Assembly: GCA_041908545.1 (NCBI GenBank)
Contig: JAYRFE010000082.1
Span: 1 to 35,905, forward strand
Reading direction: 5' to 3'
Length of the DNA stretch: 35,905 nt
Origin: Candidatus Moraniibacteriota bacterium
Lineage (GTDB): Bacteria; Patescibacteriota; Minisyncoccia; Moranbacterales; UBA1568
In this document: positions 1 through 8,675 of the stretch, piece after piece
Position numbering within the stretch: position 1 is the first letter of the stretch
Layout: every line of letters begins with the position of its first letter
The notes under the pieces: model-generated
Database searches by the model: none
Told to the model about the DNA's origin: nothing
What the model saw: the letters and a program-made list of their open reading frames with translations, nothing else
Program-made: the position numbers and the translations under genes

Positions 1-23
1 AAAACATCTTAAGATCAGGCAGT

Positions 24-554
24 ATGATTTTCCGATCTCCTTTCCTCATGATCTCTCTCTCCGGGGTATTCGTCGTGACATTTCTAGCCTTCTGGTATCA
101 AGCAACGAATATGCCGGATACTGCTTCGGGAATGCTTTTTCCTCGAGTCGTGTTTGCGGATGAGGATGAAGAGGAAGATGAGGAGGACGATGAAGAAGAT
201 GACGATGATGAAGAAGATGACGATGATGATAGGAAGGATTCAGGCGCTTCTCGGTCAGTCCGGTCAAAAGAGACCGTCATTACGACGTATCGGCTCGTTC
301 AGAAGACCGTGACCGTGCTGGATGAGAAATTCAGAGTCGATACGGATGGGGATTTATTGGTAGATGGGCTTGATCCGCATCCGACTGTTTCTGAATCGGA
401 ATACTTCACCGATGACGATGAGGACGCGGTTCCGAATGCCGTAGACGCATACCCGGGCGAAGACGACTTCCTTGTTTTCGATGACGGAGAAGATCGGGAT
501 AAGGATGGTATTCTGGATTCTTTCGCCGCGGTAGTCTCAAAAGAGGTGGAATAA
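24..554 (+). CDS. Membrane-anchored, highly acidic protein with thrombospondin type 3 (TSP3)-like Ca-binding repeats
   Basis: ATG at 24. One N-terminal hydrophobic helix (FLMISLSGVFVVTFLAFWY), then a 24-residue D/E run. D-rich loops follow: DTDGDLLVDGLDPHP, DDDEDAVPNAVDAYPGED and DDGEDRDKDGILD. The gene sits 19 nt upstream of apbE. Family call is by motif only. Confidence 0.6.
   Translation: MIFRSPFLMISLSGVFVVTFLAFWYQATNMPDTASGMLFPRVVFADEDEEEDEEDDEEDDDDEEDDDDDRKDSGASRSVRSKETVITTYRLVQKTVTVLDEKFRVDTDGDLLVDGLDPHPTVSESEYFTDDDEDAVPNAVDAYPGEDDFLVFDDGEDRDKDGILDSFAAVVSKEVE
189..224 (+). repeat. Perfect tandem duplication of an 18-bp unit (gatgaagaagatgacgat x2) inside the poly-D/E coding tract (159-230)
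   Basis: Read directly: 189-206 and 207-224 are identical. Each unit encodes DEEDDD in frame. Confidence 0.9.
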
Positions 555-573
555 AAGCTCCCGATCGGATCTC

Positions 574-1542
574 ATGTCGCGTATGGCCTGGAAACAACAG
601 GAGCGGGAAGTGAAGGGAGAGATCATGCGGACGGATGTTTTTATCCAGGTCTTTTCGGAAACGCGTGATGCGGAGTCGATGGAGGCCGATCTGGATCGGG
701 CATTCCGAATGTTTCGGGATTTCGAGTCCCGCTTCAGCCGGTTCCGGGAAGAGAGCGAGCTTTCGGCTTTGAATCGATCGTCGGTTTGCCGGGTGTCCGA
801 TGATTTGTTGGAAATGATCCTGCTTTGTCAGGAGTATTTCATGGAAACAGACGGGGTATTCGATCCGACCATACTTCCCATCCTTGAACGGGAAGGATAT
901 CGTTCGAGTTTCGGTACGGAAGGCTTCGGAGTGCCAGGCGAAGGGGGAACCGTCCGACAATATGATTTTTCCGATATTCAGGTTGACCGCTCTTCTCGGA
1001 CTATCTCGAAACCGTCTGATTGCCGTATCGATCTCGGCGGTATCGGAAAAGGGTATATCGTCGACCGGGTCGCTCGGATGTTGTCGGAACAGTATCGGAA
1101 TTTCATCGTGGATGCCGGTGGCGACATGTATCTTTCCGGCGGGAATCGGATAGGTCATATCCCGTATTTTGCCATCGATATCGAGGACCTGTTTCAGGAA
1201 GACCGGAGCGCTGGGACACTCCTGCTCTCCGATCGAGCGGTCGCGACTTCGGGTGTCAATCGGCGACGTTGGCAGCAAGGCGGAGTGGAAAAGTCGCATC
1301 TCGTGCATCCGGAGGAGAACAGAAGTGTTTCCGGTGATATCCTGACCGTGACGATAGTCGATCCTTCACCGGTGCGTGCCGATATCATGGCGAAAACGCT
1401 GTGTATTCTCGGAAGGGAACGAGGAAAGGTTTTCGCGAAAGAGAATCGGCTCCCGGCCTTCTTTCTTCTGAAAGATGGTACAATGGAAGCGAATGAATTC
1501 ATAAAACCGTACTTATGGGAAAACGATACTTTTTCTTCATGA
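574..1542 (+). CDS. apbE: FAD:protein FMN transferase (ApbE/Ftp family), no signal peptide
   Basis: ApbE-type motifs are present: RIDLGGIGKGYIVDRVA, VDAGGDMY and ATSGV. The domain starts essentially at the N-terminus (EIMRTDVFIQVF). An in-frame stop at 552 rules out a longer N-terminus. Confidence 0.85.
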   Translation: MSRMAWKQQEREVKGEIMRTDVFIQVFSETRDAESMEADLDRAFRMFRDFESRFSRFREESELSALNRSSVCRVSDDLLEMILLCQEYFMETDGVFDPTILPILEREGYRSSFGTEGFGVPGEGGTVRQYDFSDIQVDRSSRTISKPSDCRIDLGGIGKGYIVDRVARMLSEQYRNFIVDAGGDMYLSGGNRIGHIPYFAIDIEDLFQEDRSAGTLLLSDRAVATSGVNRRRWQQGGVEKSHLVHPEENRSVSGDILTVTIVDPSPVRADIMAKTLCILGRERGKVFAKENRLPAFFLLKDGTMEANEFIKPYLWENDTFSS

Positions 1543-2426
1543 TCTTTTCCGTCGTGTTTGTATGTGGAGGGACGGTGTTTTTTTGGCCTCAGTTGAGCTC
1601 GGCAGCTATTTTGGATACCGATCTGGATAACTTGACCGATGAGAGCGAATCGACCGTCTATCATACCGACCCAGCCGTTTTCGATACGGACGGCGACGGT
1701 GTCGGTGATGGTGAAGAAGTGGTCAGCGGCACGAATCCCGTAGATCCGCGTAGTTCACGGCTCTCCGATCTGGTTCGTCCAGATGTCGGAATATTAGGAA
1801 ATAAGGACCAGTGGCCTTGGTATTTCGGTCGGGCAACCGGTCTTCTCGCCTTCGTTCTGCTGACGCTCGGCGTGGTATATGGACTGGTGATGAGTTCGCG
1901 TGCGTTCCAAAAGGTGATTTCCGGATCGGTATCGTATGAATTGCATCGAACGCTTTCCTGGGTGGCCCTTGGTGCTGTTCTGCTTCATGCCGGAAGTTTC
2001 TTCTTCGATGATTTTTTGAATATTCGTTTCATTGAGGCGGTCGTTCCTGGCGCACTGAAGCGCGATTTTCCCTCGGCACTCGGATTCGATATGGGATTGG
2101 CGGTCGCGTTCGGTATCGCCGGTCTGTACTTCATGATCATTCTTCTGCTTACTTCCGAATTCCGGGCTAAGATTTCGCAGCGGGTTTGGAGAAGAACGCA
2201 TTATGTGAGTTTTTTCGCTTATGTGACGTTCATCGCACATGGTTTCATGGCCGGTTCCGATTCAGGGGAGACATGGGTGCGCGCCATGTATATCATTTCT
2301 TTTTCCCTGGTCTCCTTATTGGTGGGAGTTCGTATCGTTTCCCGTACACTTCTTCCGAAATGGCGTGCAAAGGGAAGCGTATCAGATAACGAAACGCCGT
2401 CGGAAAGTCTGTCTTCCGTTTCTTGA
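1515..2426 (+). CDS. Signal-peptide/TSP3-repeat domain fused to a ferric-reductase-like (NOX/FRE/MsrQ-type) di-heme transmembrane domain
   Basis: N-terminal signal-like helix, then DTDLDNLTDESE...DTDGDGVGDGEEVVSGTNPVDP. About six TM helices follow. They carry two bis-His pairs with the family spacing: H-x13-H (HRTLSWVALGAVLLH) and H-x12-H (HYVSFFAYVTFIAH). The start overlaps the apbE 3' end by 28 nt. Confidence 0.75.
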   Translation: MGKRYFFFMIFSVVFVCGGTVFFWPQLSSAAILDTDLDNLTDESESTVYHTDPAVFDTDGDGVGDGEEVVSGTNPVDPRSSRLSDLVRPDVGILGNKDQWPWYFGRATGLLAFVLLTLGVVYGLVMSSRAFQKVISGSVSYELHRTLSWVALGAVLLHAGSFFFDDFLNIRFIEAVVPGALKRDFPSALGFDMGLAVAFGIAGLYFMIILLLTSEFRAKISQRVWRRTHYVSFFAYVTFIAHGFMAGSDSGETWVRAMYIISFSLVSLLVGVRIVSRTLLPKWRAKGSVSDNETPSESLSSVS

Positions 2427-2435
2427 TTTCCTCGT

Positions 2436-3698
2436 ATGACCTTTCGATTTTTCTCGCGTCACGCCCAATCGTTTCTTTTCGCTTTGCGGACGATTCTTTC
2501 CCATAAGGCACGGACACTGCTCGCTCTGCTCGGGGTAGTGATCGGGGTTTTTTCCATCATCGTCATCATGTCCTTCGGGGATGGGGTACGGGGATTTATC
2601 CTTGGCCAGGTGGCAAGTTTCGGTTCGGATTTTATTCAGGTAGAGACGCAAGTTCCGGGTGCTGGTAATTCTCCTTCGGGTCAGGCGATAGCGAAATTGA
2701 CGATCACGACTCTCAAGATCGATGATGCGGAGGCGGTTCGTCGTCTGCCGAATATTGCGGAGGTGTATGCCGGAAATATCGGTCAGGAGCGGGCGAGTTA
2801 TCGGGGAGTACACAAGCGCATCCTTCTTTTCGGTGCTTCCGCCACTGCTCCGATCGTCGATCCGAATCTCAAGCTTGAGTCGGGGCGTTTTTACTCGGTG
2901 GATGAAGACGACGGATTGGCCCAGGTAGTCGTGCTCGGTGCCGATATCAAGGATGCGTTGTTCGGAAAGGAGAGTGTGGCGATAGGAGAGACGATTCGGA
3001 TCAAGGGGCAGGGATACAAGGTGATCGGTGTTTTGGCTCGCCGCGGATCGGTCGCCTTCCTGAATTTCGATGAAATGACCTATGTGCCGGTGCGGACCTT
3101 GCAAAAGAAGATTCTCGGTGCCAATCATATCGCTTTTTTCACCTCGAAAATGAGCGATGTTTCGCGCGAAGATGAGACGGTAGCACTCATCCGTGAAACG
3201 CTTAGGCGGCGGCATGATATCACGGATCCCGATCGGGACGATTTCGTCGTGACATCGGCCCGCGAGGCACAGGAAACCGTATCTTCCATATTGGGAGCAA
3301 TGAGCCTTCTCCTGATGTTCCTCACCTCGATCTCGCTCGTCGTCGGGGGAGTGGGTATCATGAACGTCATGTATGTCTCCGTGGCGGAACGGACGAGTGA
3401 AATCGGACTTCGGAAGGCTGTCGGAGCCTCTTCAAGGAGTGTTCTTTGGCAATTCCTCTTCGAGGCTCTCATTATCACGATACTCGGTGGCCTCATCGGT
3501 ATATTGCTCGGGGTGATCGTCACGTGGGGACTGACCTTTTTGTCCGGACAGCTCGGATACGGACTGAAGCTCGAGTTCACTCTTCGTTCATTCCTGCTCG
3601 GCGTCGGATTCGCCGGTTTGGTCGGTATTGTTTTCGGATTGGCTCCCGCCTATCGCGCCTCACGCCTTTCGCCGATGGAGGCTCTGCGGAAAGAATGA
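2436..3698 (+). CDS. ABC transporter permease, MacB/FtsX family (extracytoplasmic core domain plus C-terminal FtsX 4-TM bundle)
   Basis: N-terminal TM (LLALLGVVIGVFSIIVIMSFG), a roughly 230-aa extracytoplasmic domain, and a C-terminal FtsX-type region (GGVGIMNVMYVSVAERTSEIGLRKAVGAS...YRASRLSPMEALR). It lies 9 nt after the preceding gene. No cognate ATPase is adjacent. Confidence 0.85.
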   Translation: MTFRFFSRHAQSFLFALRTILSHKARTLLALLGVVIGVFSIIVIMSFGDGVRGFILGQVASFGSDFIQVETQVPGAGNSPSGQAIAKLTITTLKIDDAEAVRRLPNIAEVYAGNIGQERASYRGVHKRILLFGASATAPIVDPNLKLESGRFYSVDEDDGLAQVVVLGADIKDALFGKESVAIGETIRIKGQGYKVIGVLARRGSVAFLNFDEMTYVPVRTLQKKILGANHIAFFTSKMSDVSREDETVALIRETLRRRHDITDPDRDDFVVTSAREAQETVSSILGAMSLLLMFLTSISLVVGGVGIMNVMYVSVAERTSEIGLRKAVGASSRSVLWQFLFEALIITILGGLIGILLGVIVTWGLTFLSGQLGYGLKLEFTLRSFLLGVGFAGLVGIVFGLAPAYRASRLSPMEALRKE

Positions 3699-3734
3699 AT
3701 CAGAGTGCTGATACGGCCGGAATGCGCAGTTGGT

Positions 3735-5810
3735 TCAGGGAGCGTTCCCTGCAAACGGATCGGATTCGATCTTTTGATATCGTTTCTTTTTCATTTTTTT
3801 CACCTCGCCTTCCGGGATTTCGCGCCCAGTCTTTTTGTCGAGGTACACGGTTTTCTTTTCGATCGAAGCGAGAGTGATTCCTGGTGGACGGACCGGAAGG
3901 GGGCTCACGGAGATTGTCGGTGTGTAGGCAGCGAAGGACGATTCGGGGTTACCGAATCCGGAGGCATCGATAAAAGAACGCCAAATGGGAGCGGCGACGA
4001 AGATGCCGTCCGAACCGGCAGCCATCGGAGAGTGGTCATTGTTTCCGACCCAGACGGCGACAGCGATCGAGGGAGTGTATCCGACGGTCCAGGCATCATT
4101 GAAGTCCTGCGAGGTTCCAGTCTTGGCGGCGACGGCTTTGCCGGGGGGGAACGCGAGAGGGCTTCTGGGTCCGAAGATCGGTGTTCGAGCGGCATTGTCC
4201 GAGAGAATAGAGTTGATCTTACGCGCGACTTCGGTATCCAAGACACGTTTGCCTTCCGACGGTGAGGCTTCGAAGATGTATTGTCCTTGGGAATCGGTGA
4301 TGGAACGGATCGGGAGCATATCGTGAGCGATACCTTCTTGGCCGAAGACGCCGAAGGCTCGTGCCATATCGATCGGTCGGACTTCCGCTCCTCCGAGAGT
4401 CAGGGAAAGTCCGTAACGTTTCGGTTCGGTGAGGGTAGTGATGCCGAGCCGGGTAGCGGTATCGATGGTCGCATCGATACCGGCAAGCGCGAGGGTTTCG
4501 ACCGCCGGGACATTGAGCGACATGGCGAGTGCCTGACGCATAGTGAGGAGCCCGTGGAATTTTCCGTCGTAGTTTCGGGGAATATAGTTTGCGCCCGAAC
4601 CATCGGGTCCGAAATCGATGGGCATGTCGTAGATTTTTGTTTCCGGTTCATAGCCTTTGCTGAAGGCAGTGGCATAGGTGAACGGCTTGAAGGACGATCC
4701 TGGCTGTCGTGCGCTTTGTGTGACATTGACATTGCCATCTATCCTGTCGTCGAAATAGTCTTTTGAGCCGACCATGGCAAGAATTTCCCCGCTTTGTGGA
4801 TCGGTGGCTACGAGGGCGGCATTGTTCGCGTGGCGCGGAGCATTTCGTCTGGCACCCTCCGTAACCGCCTGTTCGGCATTCGTCTGGAGACGGAGGTCGA
4901 GTGAGGTGATGACGCGGAATCCGGCGGTGCGGAGCGTCTCTTCATCATAAGTCTTTTTGAGTTCGTCGATGATGAAGAAGACGAAATGAGGCGCTCGTAT
5001 CGGTTCCCGTTTTGGGCGTATCTGCTCCAGGAGGTCGACGGCATCAGCCTGTTTGAAGGTGTCGGTCGAGATGAATCCGAGATCGTGCATGGCGATGAGT
5101 ATGTGTCGTTTCCGTCGGATGAGATCGTCTTTTCCTTCGCCGTAGGGTGAGAGTGCTGACGGAGCGGAAGGAAGGGCGGCAAGAAGAGCAGCCTCTTCGA
5201 TGGTCAGATCGTATGCCGATTTGTTGAAATAGGTATTGGCAGCCGTTTCGATTCCGTAGGCATTGGCTCCGTAGGGGACGGTATTCAGGTAGAGGTCAAG
5301 GATTTCATCCTTGCTGAGGGTCTGCTCGATCTTGAGTGCGAGGATGATTTCCTTGAGTTTGCGGGAAAAGGTTTTTTCTCGGGTGAGGTAGAGTGCTCGG
5401 GCCACCTGCTGGGTGATGGTCGATCCTCCTTGGCGTATGCTCCCGGATCGGAGGTTCTTGACGAGAGCACGAAAGAGGGATGGCGTATCGATGCCCGGGT
5501 GGACGAAAAAGTTCCGATCTTCGGCGGCGAGAGTGGCATGTCGGACAACATCAGGAATCTTTTCGTGCGGAAGGATGATTCGATTCTCTTCTCCGTAGAG
5601 GCGGTAGAGTTCTTGTGTGCCGGTCCGATCATAGAGGATGGAGGTGCGATCATGCGGAAGATCGCGGATATGGTCGAGAGACGGAAGACCGACCAGAAAG
5701 ATGGCGCTGCCTCCGAGAAGCGTTCCGATGATCAAAAGAGAGGCCAGCCAGCCGGATTCCTTGAGAATTCGCAGGAGAATCGGAGAGGACAGAGCGAGTC
5801 GAACGGGCAT
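3735..5810 (-). CDS. Class A penicillin-binding protein (bifunctional glycosyltransferase/transpeptidase, PBP1A-type)
   Basis: N-terminal TM anchor. GT51 motifs: EDRNFFVHPGID and RQGGSTITQQVAR. Transpeptidase motifs: SSFKPF (SxxK), SLN (SxN) and KTGTS (KTG). Confidence 0.9.
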   Translation of the reverse strand: MPVRLALSSPILLRILKESGWLASLLIIGTLLGGSAIFLVGLPSLDHIRDLPHDRTSILYDRTGTQELYRLYGEENRIILPHEKIPDVVRHATLAAEDRNFFVHPGIDTPSLFRALVKNLRSGSIRQGGSTITQQVARALYLTREKTFSRKLKEIILALKIEQTLSKDEILDLYLNTVPYGANAYGIETAANTYFNKSAYDLTIEEAALLAALPSAPSALSPYGEGKDDLIRRKRHILIAMHDLGFISTDTFKQADAVDLLEQIRPKREPIRAPHFVFFIIDELKKTYDEETLRTAGFRVITSLDLRLQTNAEQAVTEGARRNAPRHANNAALVATDPQSGEILAMVGSKDYFDDRIDGNVNVTQSARQPGSSFKPFTYATAFSKGYEPETKIYDMPIDFGPDGSGANYIPRNYDGKFHGLLTMRQALAMSLNVPAVETLALAGIDATIDTATRLGITTLTEPKRYGLSLTLGGAEVRPIDMARAFGVFGQEGIAHDMLPIRSITDSQGQYIFEASPSEGKRVLDTEVARKINSILSDNAARTPIFGPRSPLAFPPGKAVAAKTGTSQDFNDAWTVGYTPSIAVAVWVGNNDHSPMAAGSDGIFVAAPIWRSFIDASGFGNPESSFAAYTPTISVSPLPVRPPGITLASIEKKTVYLDKKTGREIPEGEVKKMKKKRYQKIESDPFAGNAP

Positions 5811-5945
5811 AGGGGAAAATCAGAAAAATGGACTTTGTCAGGGACAGTGTTTCAGTGTACCCTAAGAGAGGGTTGACGTGAAGCCCTCGGATTTATCCGG
5901 TTTTCGGAGTAAGGTTCGCGTTTTAAAGAATGTCTTGAGTATTAT

Positions 5946-6488
5946 ATGAAGCTTCCGGTTTTCAGGCCGCTTTATCTTTTTCTTCGTTGGATCGGTGCGC
6001 CGGTGATTTGGGAAAAATCAGTGGGGGCGGTATTGTTCCGGGAAACCCAGGCGGGTCGGGAATATTTGTTGCTCCGGTATCCGAGCGGACACTATGAATT
6101 TCCTCGCGGGCATGTCGAAGAAGGAGAAACGGAAGAACAGACTCTGCGCCGGGAGGTGGAGGAGGAAACCGGGGTGAAGGACATGGAAGTCTATCCTTTT
6201 CGGACGGAGAATCGTTTTTTCTACGTGGCGCATGGGAGCGAGAAAATTCGTCGGGAACGTGAAAAACGCGGTACGTGGATTTTCAAACGGGCCTTTTTTT
6301 ATCCGGCAAGAACGTATGAAACTGAAGTGCAGCTTTCACATGAGCATCGGGAGTGGCTATGGCTTCCGTTTTCGGAAGCTCTCGGAAAAGTGACTTTCGC
6401 GAATGCCCGAAAAGTGTTAGAAAGGAGTGAGAACTATCTTCGGAGGAGAGAATCATCTTCCGGGGAGCGGGTGTCGCCAGGTGCCTGA
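5946..6488 (+). CDS. NUDIX hydrolase
   Basis: Nudix box: GHYEFPRGHVEEGETEEQTLRREVEEETG (GX5EX7REUXEEXGU pattern). Confidence 0.85.
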   Translation: MKLPVFRPLYLFLRWIGAPVIWEKSVGAVLFRETQAGREYLLLRYPSGHYEFPRGHVEEGETEEQTLRREVEEETGVKDMEVYPFRTENRFFYVAHGSEKIRREREKRGTWIFKRAFFYPARTYETEVQLSHEHREWLWLPFSEALGKVTFANARKVLERSENYLRRRESSSGERVSPGA

Positions 6489-6525
6489 TTCGATAAAATC
6501 GAATAATCCGGTAGGAATATGTCTT

Positions 6526-6762
6526 ATGCCATATGATATCGATCCGAATCGTTCATTCGAGCAGAATATTTTTTTTGAAGTGAAGCGGCGCGCGAATGAG
6601 CAGGGTGTCACCGATCTGAACGAGTACCTCGATCTGGTAACGGAAGTGATTGCGGAGAAATTGGATGACGGTATTCTGACCAAGCATGACGATTTGGCCC
6701 AGTTGCGGGCCGATTTGGAGCATCGTTTCGGGGAAATCGGTCTGGAGGCGGATGAGTATTGA
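6526..6762 (+). CDS. Small acidic hypothetical protein (78 aa)
   Basis: ORF 6427-6762 trimmed to the internal ATG at 6526, because the upstream part overlaps the NUDIX gene. A hairpin terminator follows. No recognisable motif. Confidence 0.45.
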   Translation: MPYDIDPNRSFEQNIFFEVKRRANEQGVTDLNEYLDLVTEVIAEKLDDGILTKHDDLAQLRADLEHRFGEIGLEADEY

Positions 6763-6800
6763 TTCTTTTCCGGATTTGTAGTATAATAAGGAAGAAAGAG

Positions 6801-6826
6801 AAAAGACCGGGATTCGGTCTTTTTTG
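6801..6826 (+). terminator. Rho-independent terminator
   Basis: AAAAGACCG (6801-6809) pairs with CGGTCTTTT (6815-6823) around a 5-nt loop, and the stem runs into a T tract. Confidence 0.55.
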
Positions 6827-6879
6827 ATGGAGGAATACTTCAGAGGGAGAGATTCTGATTCCGTGTCGTATATTTTCTT

Positions 6880-8586
6880 ATGCTGACGCTTCGCGATATC
6901 CGTAAACGCTATGAGACGCGCCGTATTCTTGAGGGTGTATCGTTTAGCATGGGCGAAGGGCAGAAAATGGCCCTGGTCGGAGCAAATGGGGTTGGAAAAT
7001 CGACACTTCTCAAGATCATTGCGGGCGAAGAGACGTATGACCGGGGAGAGATGATCAAGGTGAATCGGATCCTGGTGGGGTATTTGCCTCAGGAGGCGCT
7101 CGCATTGTCCGGAAAAGAAACTTTCATCGAGTATCTTGAGCGGATGGCCGGTATCGGTGAAGCGAAAGAGCATATGGAGCGACTCGGATTGTGTCTTGAT
7201 CGGTCGGAAAAATTGGCGGAGTATGAGGAATGGCAGAAGGTGTTCGAGCGACTCGGTGGGTATCAATTCCGTCAGCGCGCGCGAGGTATCCTGGAAGGAC
7301 TGGCCCTTTCTCATATTCGGGAGGAATCTCTTCTGGAACAGCTTTCCGGAGGAGAGCGGCGTAAGGCAGCTTTAGCCGGGGTATTGCTCCGCGGTGTCGA
7401 TCTCCTGTTGCTCGATGAACCGACCAATAACCTCGATCTGCCGGCTCTTCTGTGGCTCGAGCGTTATCTGACAAAGACGAAGGCCGCGTGCTTGATCGCT
7501 TCGCATGATCGGCAGTTTTTGGATATGGTTGTGAGTCGGGTGATTGAGCTTGACGTATTGACAAGAAAGGCGACGTTGTATACGGGAGGGTGGACCGAAT
7601 ACGCCGCAATGAAGGCGCATCAGGTACGGAAGTATCTTGAGGCGTATCGGGCTCAGGAGGCCGAGAAGGCCCGCGTACTCGAATCATCGGAGGAAAAGCG
7701 TGAATGGGCCGATATCGGGGCCAAGCAGGTGATGCCGGATAACGACCATATGTCACAGGGGTATCACCGCGATCGTTCGGAGCGGAAGCTCGGAACGCAG
7801 GCGAAGACGCTCGCCAATCGGGTGAAACGCCTGAACAAGCTCGATCGACCGGCGGTGCATGACCCGATTCTATTTTCTTTTCCTGAGACGGAAGTGCCGG
7901 CACCGGCACTATCGGTCACGGACCTGGTGTTCGGATATCCGGGCGGCTTCCGGTCGGAGCCGGCCACTTTTTCGGTTCCTACCGGGAAGCGGATCGGATT
8001 TTTCGGTCTGAATGGAGCCGGTAAGTCGACGCTGCTTCGGACTTTGTCGGGAGAACTCTCACCACTTGCCGGGACGATCGAGCGGAACGGAGAATTGGTC
8101 ATCGGGAATCTCATGCAGGAGCATGAGGATATCGATCGTGCCAAGACACCCGTCCAGATTTTCGAGCGCCGTTTCGGAGAAGAAGCGGAGGAGAAGCTCC
8201 GTATCCTGTTGCATCAGTTCCGTTTTTCGATCGATCTCGCGGAGACGCGCGTAAAGTATTTGAGTCCGGGTGAGCGGGTACGGGTCGCATTGGCTCTTCT
8301 CATCGCATCCGGAGCCAATGCGCTTTTCTTCGATGAGCCGACGAATCACCTTGATCTTGAAACTATCGAGGCGATGGAGGAAGCGCTTGAGGATTTTTCC
8401 GGGACCATCATCCTGGTGACGCACGACCGGAGATTCATCGAACAGATGCGTCTGGATACGCTTTTCCTGATCGAACAGGGGAAGATCGAGCCCTTGGTCA
8501 GTCTGGAGGCGTACCGGGAGCGTCTGATGCCGGGCATTTTACGGAATCTGAAACGGCTTGATGAGCGTATCGAAAAGAAATTCTGA
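6880..8586 (+). CDS. ABC-F family ATPase (two tandem ABC domains, no TM domain)
   Basis: Two Walker A motifs (GANGVGKST, GLNGAGKST). Two signatures (LSGGERRK, LSPGERVR). Two Walker B motifs (LLLDEPTNNLD, LFFDEPTNHLD). A charged interdomain linker joins the halves. Confidence 0.9.
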   Translation: MLTLRDIRKRYETRRILEGVSFSMGEGQKMALVGANGVGKSTLLKIIAGEETYDRGEMIKVNRILVGYLPQEALALSGKETFIEYLERMAGIGEAKEHMERLGLCLDRSEKLAEYEEWQKVFERLGGYQFRQRARGILEGLALSHIREESLLEQLSGGERRKAALAGVLLRGVDLLLLDEPTNNLDLPALLWLERYLTKTKAACLIASHDRQFLDMVVSRVIELDVLTRKATLYTGGWTEYAAMKAHQVRKYLEAYRAQEAEKARVLESSEEKREWADIGAKQVMPDNDHMSQGYHRDRSERKLGTQAKTLANRVKRLNKLDRPAVHDPILFSFPETEVPAPALSVTDLVFGYPGGFRSEPATFSVPTGKRIGFFGLNGAGKSTLLRTLSGELSPLAGTIERNGELVIGNLMQEHEDIDRAKTPVQIFERRFGEEAEEKLRILLHQFRFSIDLAETRVKYLSPGERVRVALALLIASGANALFFDEPTNHLDLETIEAMEEALEDFSGTIILVTHDRRFIEQMRLDTLFLIEQGKIEPLVSLEAYRERLMPGILRNLKRLDERIEKKF

Positions 8587-8592
8587 AAATTG

Positions 8593-8624
8593 AAAACCCC
8601 TTCCGATGATCCGGGAGGGGTTTT
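8593..8624. terminator. Bidirectional rho-independent terminator between convergent genes
   Basis: AAAACCCCTTCCG (8593-8605) pairs with CGGGAGGGGTTTT (8612-8624): 13 bp including one G-U, with a 6-nt loop. The A and T tracts flank it, so it can terminate on either strand. Confidence 0.7.
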
Positions 8625-8675
8625 GGTTGGGGCACATTTGTGCTCAGTAGGGGGGGGAGAGAAGCGCTTAGCGGG

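Noticed and set aside
6782-6826. A perfect TATAAT (6782-6787) followed about 15 nt later by a terminator hairpin, suggesting a tiny sRNA.
   Set aside because: The implied transcript would be only about 30 nt. No -35 hexamer is present. The hairpin is better explained as the terminator of the 78-aa gene.
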